Source of the DNA: Balanoglossus misakiensis
Lineage: Eukaryota; Animalia; Hemichordata
Direction: 5' to 3'
DNA length: 64,000 nt
Assembly: GCA_040954595.2 (NCBI GenBank)
Contig: CM082587.2
Location: forward strand, 4,420,093-4,484,092
Shown: piece after piece, positions 38,101 to 49,900 of the stretch
How the letters are laid out: the number at the start of each line of letters is the position of its first letter
How positions within the stretch are numbered: the first letter of the stretch is position 1
Notes under the pieces: generated by a model
The model's database searches: none
What the model was told of the DNA's origin: nothing
What the model saw: only the letters and a program-made list of their open reading frames with translations
Position numbers and translations under genes: made by a program

Positions 38101-41100
38101 GGTGTGTCATATTATCCAGTCCATGAAATAAGAATCACAGCCCCTGTTTATTTCATCTGAGCCATCAAAAGTAGATGTTTCATCTACTCCGTCAAAATGG
38201 AACCAGAGTCCATAGGGGACTGTAAATGTTAGCATTGGCTATCAGAGTCGCTTGAGTACATAAACAGCGCTGACTTGCAATAAATTAATCTTTTGCGTCG
38301 GTTTGGGCAAACTGCAGAGAGAAATATTCGTTTTTGAAGGTACAAGCTGGGAAAAATTTATGAGCATTAATTAGATCAGGCACTATCACTTTTTTATCCT
38401 ATCCCCAAGTGTGTTTCGTTGATACACATCAGTTTGAGATAATGGCTGTGTTTGGTGAACTTCAATACAGAGGTCAATCTATCAGGGGTAGATATTGATG
38501 ATGTTTGAAATTGAATCACTGCAAAATTTAGGCCACTGGAAATCAACCGAGAACACAGCTCGCGTGCTCAACCCAGCGGGGAATTTTTGAAGGAAAAAAA
38601 ACATGACTTTCTCATGCTGAGTTAAAAATTGATATTTCAATGAAGGAAAGGTCAGAGATTATCCCAAATACAAGTATTCAAAATCTCAAGATATCAGTCC
38701 ACCTGGACTGTATATGAGCCTAGGGAAACGAATTTATCTGTCAACGTTAATCCTGTGTGAATGCACTATGTTTGCTGGGCGAGCACTAAATTCAAGTGTT
38801 TTGAGTCCAAATGTGAACGCTCCTGCAGCCGCCATTAAAAAGAAATCTTCAGTTTGTAAAGTTGTTGATGTTTCCCCTAAGAACCTAGTAGGTTCATCAA
38901 AATAACACATCAGAGGTTAAAAGGATTGTTTTAATTTCCCCAAACTCCAATTAATGTGGCTCTGGTAAAGTTCGAAGTACTCCATGGGAATCACACACTC
39001 ATTCTGCATGTCTAACTACATTCAGATTTTTATTGTGATGTTTAGTAGTCACGGCAGTTAGCCATTTTTGTATTTACATGTAAAAGCCCCATGTCACAGA
39101 ACATTTAACTTCAAAATATCTTCCAATTGCCTACGGTGCACTTTTGGATCTCTGTAGCTGTAGCTGTTAAGTAATGTGGAGGAATAGCAATTAGTAGCAT
39201 GATTTTCGTTGGTGATGGAATGGGCACAACAAATGAAGCAATTTTACCTCATTTGTGTGGTTTGATGGCGGCGGCCATATTGTGGTTGCTAACCAATTTA
39301 TTATTAATGCTCTCCCCTGGATCCACGAACAAGTATCATGAGATACTTGATTGTTTAATCATCAACAAAATAATGCGGTGTCCGAGTCAGTGGCATTGGT
39401 CCATGGACCATGCTTGGACAGTCGCGTGACACTGAGTGATAACCAGGACCTGCAAGGCATGCAGGGGTCAAGAGGTCAATTGGTGCAGGTCAGAGGTCAA
39501 TTGCTTTGTAATGGGCGAGAAGACCCGGAGGCCCGGCTTCTGTACAGAATTGAATGCCTTGTAAGAAAGTGTTGGTATCATCCACTTGTGTGGCCAGCTG
39601 TTACACGTGTACAACACTTTCGGCCGGGCCCATGGCGGGTTGTGATTTTGACGTGTTGCGTTTGATGAAGACGTACCACACACACAACGTCCCCTCTTTG
39701 CACATCATTCCTTGCATTACACGGTGCTTCATTTAGTTCAGGCTATTAAATAGTCCACAGCTGTTGCCATCGTATCTGCTTGCCACAGCATCTGATACAA
39801 ATCGGCAGAAATCATCAGGCCTATATAAAGGGACTGAACCTCTTTACATTTAAACATTAAAACTCCCCGTACCTGTATAAAGAGATCGAAATATGGTAAC
39901 ATTAAATTTGACCACACAACACACTCCTGTGAAGATGAAGACTGCATAGTATATTATATTTCAAAGTAGTGTATACAAGCACTCAACCAAACACACAACC
40001 TATAACATGTTGTCCATGCTTTTGTGTACCCATACAATACATAATCTTTAGATCCTAACATAGGCACATGTAACCTTTATGTATGTTCACTTTTAGTTTA
40101 TGCTGTATGCACAGGTCAGATAAAGCATGAAATTACATCCAAGTGAATGCATGGTACACTCTGATGATGTATGACTTGCTCTCGCACGCAGGTCACTTGG
40201 TCAAGTAATCATACAATTTCCATCATCTATTTTGTATCAAACATCTGCCTTTAATTAAGAATTGATTAAAAAATGACTTTCATCCAGGACCCTGATGATT
40301 GGCCTCAAAGGTTCTGTTCCATTCTTTGCTATGAAAACAGTTTATACACAGAATATATCCTTGAGGGGGGATAATACTTGCACTCAATACTGACTTTAAA
40401 CACAATTACTTGCACTTCTGATCAGTGAAGACCTGAGTATTTTAATTACATTGTACATATGTGCTGCTGGACATTCTGCCGTAATGGTTAATTGAAGTCG
40501 ATAGGGAATTATCAACCTAACAAGTCAGTGCTTATGGGCTTAAATTTGGAGGAAAATATAGTTTGCCTGTGAGTGAGGATTAAATGAAAAGGTTTATGAT
40601 ATAATCGCTGTTACTGATAGAGATATATTCTGCAACAAAGTTAGCATTTATTTGATGCCTTTGGGGGATACTACACGTAGTTTATCATTCACATGAGCAG
40701 ATGCTAGCCTTGCCTTTGATGAGAACTGACTCGCTGAGGTAATGCCCAGGTGAGACGCGGAATTTGTCAAATGCACGCATCATGGTTTTCTAACTACGCT
40801 CTGAGGCTGCCCTCTGAGAGCAAGTGGATCTGGGTGGCTTGCAAATTGAATCGAGGAGAAATTTGACCGCCTTTTTCCGGGAAAATGGGACATATGACAT
40901 CACACTGGGTCTATTATTGACGGTATTCTATTACTGCGGAAGTTTAGAGATGTTCGCCAAGGTTCGAACTGGGTCTCAGAGACCTCGCAAGTGTTTCTGA
41001 TTCTAGTGGTTCTTTGATATTTAAATAAACCTCACTACGAACACATCACAGTTTACATTTTTCAACTCCAAACAAGATAAAGTTTCCTCGCCTTTTTTTT

Positions 41101-42003
41101 TACTTGCTGCTATGAACTATCGACACAGAAAGTCTATTTTTGGTTCTGAGCATTCTTGAGTATACATTTCTTTGCCAAAAAAACTCTAAACCATTAAAAT
41201 TTATCTCACGCACTCCACTGTAGCCGTTGTAAACGTAAGCATATACGCACTCAACAATCAATATTACCATCCTGCCAGTGTTTCAGAAATAAAACATACT
41301 GCTTCAGTGAGGTTTATTACGAGTATTATGCTATCTGTCATACCTACGTATAGTTGACAGGCCGTAATGCTCACATTTTACACAGATGATGTTTCAGGCT
41401 TTTTCGAGATAAAACAATCTGTCAGACTAGCTTACTGGAGAAAAATGATTGTTTTTATGCCCGATTTGTAAGCTCGTTAATCCATATTTTTGTCTGTTAC
41501 ATGAAAAATGCCATTTGAAAGCAACAGCTGAAGCCTGATTCATTGTATTAGAGATGCGATTGTAAGTTCTGAATGTTGTACTGAAAAGAGTTGGATCAAT
41601 GCATTTTTTCGTGTGCAAATTACATCGTGCTCAAATAGGTCAACATGTGTTAGCTTAGCTTATTCTGTGTACACTACCTGTTAAGTGAGTTTGTCATCGA
41701 TCAGTCTATCTGTCGCAGTAAATGATGTTTCAGCCATTGGGAGTTTCATGAACAAAAGATGAACTCCTGTTTTGCTTTTCTGTTGCCAAATGGTGAGATG
41801 TGAATGGTGAGAAGAGAGAGAGAGAGGCACATACATTTCACTAAACACTGCAGTGAATACCCTATGAAATCTGAAGTTTACAACGTAGCTTAAACCTGAA
41901 TCCTAGTACCAGGAACATTAGCTTTCTCCAGCAGATTTTCTAATGAACAATTTCATAGTTTCATACTCAAAGTCATCCAGCTTCTACTTTTCCCCCCACT
42001 TTA

Positions 42004-42805
42004 GGCTGCATTCACAAACACCTCTGGAGGGGGGGGCGGGAGAATTCAATTTTTTTTACCGCTAATTTTCACATGCCCCCCTTCCGAACTGCCAATATTT
42101 TCAAACCCCCCCCTTCCGAACTGCCAAAATTTTGAAATCCCCCCCCCCATTGTCTTTCACAGAGCAAAACACATCACCTATCTATCTTGTAAAAAGAAAA
42201 ACAGCGCTCCCATGAAAAGAATTTGAAACTGATGTTTCCCCTCATCAGTGGGTATTAAAACTGAACATTGTTTTTATTTTTTAAGTACATATATTTGTAT
42301 TCTGTGTTTGGAGACTTTGTAAACCGAGAATTGAAGGGGGTGGGTTTGGGAGGGGGTGTCCCCCTCCCACGTAAGAAAATTTTCTAAAATACAGAGCTCA
42401 AAGCTGCATTTTAATGAACCCGGCAAAAGCAAATTAACTCAACTACAGGTATGTTGGGGAGGACAAATTTAACCGTCGGCGCTCAAAGTTATCATGGGGT
42501 GGGGCAAGTCCCCTTACCTGGGACACTAGATAAACCAGTCAATGATTGAAAGGTGTTGATGAATGGAGGGGGTGGGTGTGGGAGGGGGTGTCCCCCTCCC
42601 ACATGAGAAAATTTTGTAAAATAAAGGGCGCGAAACTGCATTTTTGTGGACTCAAAATAAATATTTAGTCGTTAAAGTTTTCAAGTCCCCCCCCTTTCAG
42701 TCCCTAAATTATTTCAAATCCCCCCCCTCACATACCCTCAATTTTTTCAAATCCCCCCCCTCAATTCTCCTGCCCCCCCCTCCAGAGGTGTTTGTGAATG
42801 CAGCC
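42004..42805. mobile_element. ~800-bp non-autonomous DNA transposon, PIF/Harbinger-like MITE
   Basis: Long TIRs GGCTGCATTCACAAACACCTCTGGAGGGGGGG / CCCCCCCTCCAGAGGTGTTTGTGAATGCAGCC, with TTA on both sides (42001-3 and 42806-8), a 3-bp TWA target-site duplication. Internal repeats: tttcaaatccccccc and two copies of tgggagggggtgtcccctcccac. No transposase ORF. Confidence 0.88.
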
Positions 42806-45708
42806 TTAGCGCACAAGTCCAGATATGAGATTTGGAATCCCACAGCTCAGATCCGTAAAGGAGGCAATTCTTAGTCTGTTGAGTGTAGGATTAGTTAGAC
42901 TTCCCAATTGTGAGGCGGGCAGCTTGTACGCGGGAATGAGTTCAGTTTGCCGAACAAGCTTTCAATAGTAGTCTTGCAAGTGAGCCTGAGAGATAATGAC
43001 TCCACTATGTTGAGATGAGATCCTTTAATTTCCTGTTGAAGAAAAAAAACGTGCAACTTGGACACAGCATGCAGAATTTCTGTCCTCAACAGCTCATCCT
43101 ACAGAGGCTTAGGCTACCTACCCTTTTTAATATGGTTTCTGGTGCATTGGGCGAGCTGTGAGGTGAAATGATGTGGATTTCTATTAAGATGAAAGCGAGA
43201 GAGCTCGGAGACTCATTAGGCTTCTCCTCGCCGGCTTCCAACATGCGCCCACGAGTGTCGGCTATTTGCCAATTAGCTCAATTTGGCTCCGACAATGTAT
43301 TCCCTGTATCCCAGTCTGGATTTGGGGCTTTCTTCTTCTTTTTTTCCGTGAGACTTATCGTCGACGGAATAGCCCCGGCAAAAGCAGATGCCGCTTTCCG
43401 CTCTCTCATCAGGATCAGGGAATCGGAATTCTTTCGGGGGGAAAGATTCCTGAAGCCCGCTTTCACATTCAGGATTGGGGAATTTGAAATCCTCCCGGGA
43501 GAAAAAATTACGCAATCAAAGACCGGGGAAAACAGAGAACATAGCCAAGGGATCCAGATTTTCTGGAGCCAGTTTAAAGTACGAAATGAAAACACTTAAC
43601 GCACAATCCAGCTACTTCCTGTTCTGTCTGTCTGTAAAATTTTGTTGTCACAACATACAAGTCATTCCAGCTTTACCAGCCTCAGACATTTTTAGCCAAT
43701 GAATACAAGGTCACTTTAGAAGCGCCACATTTACATGTACCTGTACAATCTCAGTTAAACATGTACGTTGAGATTGATAGACTGAAATGCTAAACTTTCT
43801 CCCCCTCTCTCTCTCTCTGCATCTCAAACACGTTTTATCCCTCTGGATTCCTAATGTGTTCTAAATTTACATGCGGGCAAATGTGATTTATAATTCCGTG
43901 ACATAATTTTTGTGAAGTAATAAAATTACAGTGTTCAATTATTTTCACAGCTGCTGCGTACATGCCAGGTCAACCATACCAGGGAACCTGATGTCAGTTT
44001 ATAGAAAGAGGAAAAACAAGTACTTTTACACATGAAATGAAAATAGGTCGAAAATAAATTCCCAGTAACAGAGTACGGTATTTGAACAGACTTGCATGCA
44101 GCCATGAAAAATGGATTTGTAGTTTACGCTTACTGATTTTTTGATTATGTAGTGTGAATTTGCGGCTGAGAAATCGTAGCAATGCTGTTAGATTCAACAC
44201 TTGAGATAGATATATCACTCTGATAGAAATTCTACTCACATGCATTTAGAATGTGAGCTTGATACTGTGGCTATAGGCTGGCACAAATCTTGAATCTGTT
44301 GAAGAGAGACAATATCACAAGGGCCCTTATAATATATGTACTAACTACAGATTTTCATATCAGCTATTAACTATGAAAACAAGAGCATTAATTTTTTATG
44401 CTATGTCCTCATTCTTAGTCACTGCTCTTGGCATACATGTAACCGTGGTTGTTGAACACTGGGAATTACGCGTAGAGCCATGTACCAAGATAAGAAATTC
44501 TCTGTCAGTGTTGCTCTGTCTCCTTTATGGATGATGTCAGTCCCTGCCATTTATTGAAGGGCAGGCTGGAGCCAGATGTAGGCCAAAAGTGCGTTGACGT
44601 GCACAATTATATCCTGTGTAGGTTCAATGTATGAACCACCCCTGCCCTCTGCAACATCCTACACAAGAAACACGACTAACCTGACCTGACCCAATCTGAT
44701 CTGAGCACATACCAATGTGTTCACATTGTTTATATTTGCAAGCTCGGGTCTGGGTAGGGCCAACTTGTCCAGTGCGAACTCTGCTTTTCTTTGCCCACAG
44801 AACTGTAATTATTGACCGGATTATTTGCATCCAAAAAATCATCTGAATATAAATGGGATTTTATCTCGCACAGTTGCAGTCAGACTACCAGACATATGTA
44901 CCCATGATGTACTCGGCATGTCTAAATATATTCCGTAAATAAAACTGTTTTAACAGTGAAGAGTATACTATGTCTGAATGAATGGAGACAGACGCATGAC
45001 CGCGTCTAGACCCACGCTGAAATTCTGTCTCCAACGAATCCTCAATACTGTTTTCAAGATGCAGAAAAAAAAATTAAATTTTCAAAGCAGACTCCATCTC
45101 ATTAGTATTTTGGCTATCCAAGGTATATTTGTGTCAAGCAGGGGACCTCATTAGTTGAGGGGACTTGCGTGTATTTCTTGCCCAAGGGTAAAACACTGGT
45201 ACCCCCTCCCTCAAGTTTCTGTTGCAGGCAGATGGTAGTATAGACCGGTGGCATCACATTACCCAGGGCATTACTTGCCTTCGTTCAATCACTGAAAACT
45301 TATATTTGGGCGCTGCCCGATCTAATTACAAAGTGGCGGCAAATATATTGTGGATGATTTAGTCATAGTGTCAGTTTTAGAAGTAAAGATTTCGTCGAGT
45401 GTTATTTATGTGCGTGGTGTTTATTTGGCTGTCTGACTTTGTTATTCTGATCCAGTCTTAGATTTGCCGGAGCGCACTGTGTGCTTGGTGTTTCCATGGC
45501 AATCCAGAGCCACTGCATCCTGTGTCAAAGGTTACCAGTATCGCCATGGGGAGGAAAGCTCCGCCAGGGACATCATGCAGTGTGCTGTAATCAGGATGTG
45601 ATTTTCATAAATGAGACAGTAAATGATGTAAGCAAATGGGCATACTGATCAAAATTAAGATAAAAACATCTAAAAAATTTGCCTTGTTTTATTGGCCACA
45701 TGAAAAGC

Positions 45709-45846
45709 TATCCCACAAGTCTTCAGGATCTATACCATAAGCCCTCAGGGTCTATCCCACAAGCCTTCAGGGCCTTTCCCATAAGCCTTCAGGGCCTTTC
45801 CCATAAGCCTTCAGAATCTATCCTGTTAGGCTTGGGAATCTATCCC
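45709..45846. repeat. 22-bp minisatellite, ~6 copies
   Basis: Unit approximately TATCCCAYAAGCCTTCAGGGYC repeated head-to-tail with divergence. Confidence 0.85.
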
Positions 45847-46501
45847 AAAGTCATATATCATTGACATCCTAATTTCCTATTACTGATTTTTAGATATTCT
45901 GACTTACTGACCCCCTCGTCAAAATGCATTGGGCTGGAACCAAAATGAAGTTAGGCAAGTCAATTAATTTTTTAGAGAAATCAGATAAATTATGGTTACT
46001 GAAATTGACTTCTACTGAATAGTCGATCCCTTGGGATACACAGATGACAAAATCAGCCGTGCAGACCTACCCCATTAAATAAATCCACATGATGGAACTC
46101 ATATTGCATCATCAGAGCGGTTTTAATGCAGAAAAATCCACCCATTTATCAGTAATCCATCCCTCTCCATTTAAGAGATTATGCGTCGTTATCCATCAGT
46201 ATGCACAAACTCATTTAAAACTCACTGAGCATCAATTTTGTCTACCTGATTTATATACGTGAATGTGCTTATTGGTTAAATTGTAAAATGGACTGGAAAG
46301 AAATTGTGAGTTTTAATAGTTGATACAGAGAGGATTTTCCTGCTTTCCAGCTGAAATATCAAAAGAAGTGGTTCAAAGAAATGCATTCAGTTGTTGGTCG
46401 GAGGGCAATCAAAAACTGTTATGCTGTCTGTCATCCAGGGTCGACCCCTACCCTATAATTTTACTCACACATACAACAGAAAGCCTTGTATAGGCCTCTC
46501 T

Positions 46502-46918
46502 TTCCAGGAAATTTTCCTTGAGAAGTTCTGAGGGGAAACGGATGGCCTTCAGCAGGCGGAGAGGCAGATTGAATAGTTGTCCGGTTGTTCAAGTACCGGT
46601 AATTACAGACACCTGAACATGCATATAGATGGTTTCATTGCATCTGGCTACCCTTTTTTGTTGTAATTGTTTATAAAGTGACAAAGCATTGCAACCATAT
46701 ACATGTAGCTAATGTACCACAATTATTAGCTTTTCCCCCCAGAGGGTACTTTGACAAAAACTTCCCCTTTAAGGTCAGATTAATTTAGTCATACGAAATC
46801 TCCGCACTTGTGAGTCTGCTTCCAGGAAAAGTTAGCTTGGAATGTAATCCGGTAGTTCCTGGAATTAATTCCTGAAGTTTGTCCTGGGGAAAAGCGAATT
46901 TGTAATTCATTCCTGGAA
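46502..46918. promoter_or_regulatory. Homotypic cluster of STAT/GAS-type TTCCWGGAA sites (candidate enhancer)
   Basis: TTCCAGGAA at 46502 and 46820; TTCCTGGAA at 46856 and 46910; TTCCTGAA at 46869. Confidence 0.45.
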
Positions 46919-49900
46919 AGTTAATTCAGCTGCTCATATGGCCGTAAAATCAATCCCGGAGGGTCCATGAATTGTAAGCCATATCAGGACTATGTGTATG
47001 AACCCTCTCCTAGGATACTCTGTTTCTAACATGTTGTCTGGATGCTTTGTGTGCATTTGTTTGACATCCTCTGCAAAAAAACGGAAAGTAAAGCAAAATC
47101 AGGTGGTTCTGATAGGGAGTCATCACTTATCTGGGGATTAGACAAACTGTCCGTCCTGCAGAAATGAATGGTTTCCCCAACCAACGTTTTAAGCCGTTCT
47201 GTATGTATACCAGACAGTAAAGGAAGGCTAATCGATATTAGCAATATGGGACTAAGTCTTCAACATACTAAAAGGGTGCAGGAAAAAAAAGGCAAAGTCA
47301 AATTGAATGTCTTGCAATTACGCTGCAAAGCAACGCCGTGACTGTAAATTGAGTTTTTAGTCAAACCCAATCAATTCGGAGGACTTAAAACTCAAGTTTG
47401 TCGCATTGAAATTACTTAGCGTATAAACGAATCAATTAGATTGACTGCCGTGTCTCAAGAAAATTCAACCGCCTCTTTAAGATTGCCCAAAAATCAATGA
47501 GTTGACGTGTAAGGGCACTTTGCTGGAGTTTACTGATTTTTGTTGTTCAATGTGTGAAAAAAAGTACATCACTCTGTTTGCTGATTTCATTGTCACAACA
47601 GAGCAGGGTTGTTTGCCTTGCACATGTGCAATCTAGCACTGAGTATGCGATCAGCGTCAGAGAGATTACTTCTACTTTTTGTATTAAATTATCACGGCAG
47701 GAGAACTGAGAAAGTGGTTGGAACGTTGAAGGTGTCTATTTGACGAAATTCTTAGAAACGCAAGGTTTCGACCTCAGCCAGATCCTATGGAATTACACTT
47801 GGCTTGCTGAATGAAAGCCCAGCAGTGATGTGGTTGCATCTTCAAGGCCACGCATGTTTAACTGATCAAGAGCAACTGTTACGACTGATTAAAAGAGGAT
47901 AGCAATTTCCTACCTGAATCAGTAGGTTTTGAAAACTACAAGATCATTTCCTTTCATAGGATATTTCACATTATTTTTAACGATTTCAACAATATACCGA
48001 ATCAAAAAGATAATTCAGTTTCCTTTGTATATTTGTGCATTATTCGCTACTTTGAGCTCGCACACGATTTCTAATACTAGTTTAGGAGTCATCATCATGG
48101 GAATTGAAGAAGAAGAAATAAATCAGGTCGTGTGTATTTAGGTCAAGGATGAAGCGAGATTCACTTAACAAGTTCACGAGAGCTATTTTGAGTTCAAGAA
48201 CAGCAGGCCACCATGTTTTTAGGTCGTGGAAGGTTCATCTAAACCATCGAATCTGAGCAAAAACATCTGTGTTGATACGCCGGTAATTGTGGTTTCAAAC
48301 AGGCAGGGGTTGCACACGGAGAGCCCTTTACGTAAACATGAGTGTGATATTTTCCTCTCATTTCTGATTTCCATGTAGGGTGGATTCAGAAAAGATGACC
48401 AATTACTGGGACTTGCTTTTATACACATTCTGTCTGCATGCAACACAAACAACAGGCAGCCCACAAACAAAGTACATATGTAGTACGCGCCTTCAAAATC
48501 AAAGTCTTAAACTTTTTCTCATATTTTGCTTTTCTCAAGGCAATTTTAGATTATTCTGAGATTAAAGATTGAGGCTCACCATGACTGACTTTGTCCCTTT
48601 TAAAGAGGCTAATTTTCTGTCATCGTACTTCTGCTCATAGCTTTTCTGGTTGGCATGACATTTGAATATTTTGTCACTGACACAGCATGTCATCGAAGTG
48701 TTTACTCCACTTCATCGGAGCCATTGGATACGAACCGGAGCTTCCTATATGCCTGCCTTGCAGGATATATTTTATAAATGAGAGTTGATGGTTTAATTGT
48801 TCCCCGAAGAACTTTGGAATGAGACTGACTGAACAATCTTTTCGCAGGTTTAGGGGAACTCGAAGGGTTTAATAGCATTGCCGGTAACAAAGGATGACTT
48901 CTATTCGCAGTTCACGCTGCGACAGGTTTGCTTTGTCGGTTCATGTGAAACTGACACTGTTTTGATGGTGTTGCCATGGCGAGGTGCAACTTAATTGGTC
49001 TTTCACTTCCTGGACAAGGTACGAATTCTGTTGTCACGGTGGGATTTTAGGAGACTTTTCATGCCGTGATAAAAAATTGTCGTGGAGATGAGAGAGGATA
49101 ATCAACAGCAGGAGGTATTTACACCGAGTGAAAAGTACTGCAGATTATTCTATACTTATCGTGATTGGGTGAAGGAAGTCCAATGCCCAAGCTAGTTAGG
49201 CTCTTATTGTTGCAAAAAAGAAGGAAACGTTTAATGATGAAAAAGAGAGACACATTAGGCCTTGCTAGTCTCGGTTACCCAGACTCTGCTTCTTCCGTTG
49301 CCCTCCAGAAAGAGGGTCTGGGGGAAATACCATACATTTCTATAACAAAGGTGCCTTTGTGGGGTTGTCTTGGAAACTGGTCAGTATGGGTCCTGATATA
49401 TGCTACATTTGGATGCAACAGTGCTGGTCAAATGGGAGCACAGTGTCTTTGATACTATTTTTTAAACTGGAGGTGATTTTGTATCATCTTTAGATAAAGA
49501 TAATGCACTCCCATTGATTTTTATCTCAAGTTTAAAGTAAAGTGCGAAGTGAGCAAGGAATTGGAGATGAACTTCTGATATGTTTGTTTAAAAATAGAAA
49601 CAGTAATCGAGATAAAGAATAGGACCTTATCAGAGCATTTGCAGCTTCACTGCGAGCCATCATTCGAGGATGAAAGTTCTAAATTGCTTGGAAATAGAAC
49701 CCTAATAACCGAGATAAAAAAGTGGGACATTTCACCTTCTCAGTGCAATTAACTTGCAGTTTTCACTGCAAGACATCGTTTGACGAACAAGGGTGTAGTG
49801 AAAGATTATGGCCCGAGTTTTCCCAAGGCTAGAGTTTAAATGAAATGAAAAAGTTAAACTCTCTCACCTGCAGGCTAAAACAATTCTCAATGTGTTTCCT

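Noticed and set aside
45709-45846. Regularly spaced repeats that might suggest a CRISPR array
   Set aside because: The units are contiguous 22-mers with no unique spacers, in a eukaryotic context with no cas genes.
49600-49785. Two diverged ~80-100-bp tandem copies (gagataaa...ttgcagyttcactgc)
   Set aside because: An ordinary local duplication with no coding or structural signal.
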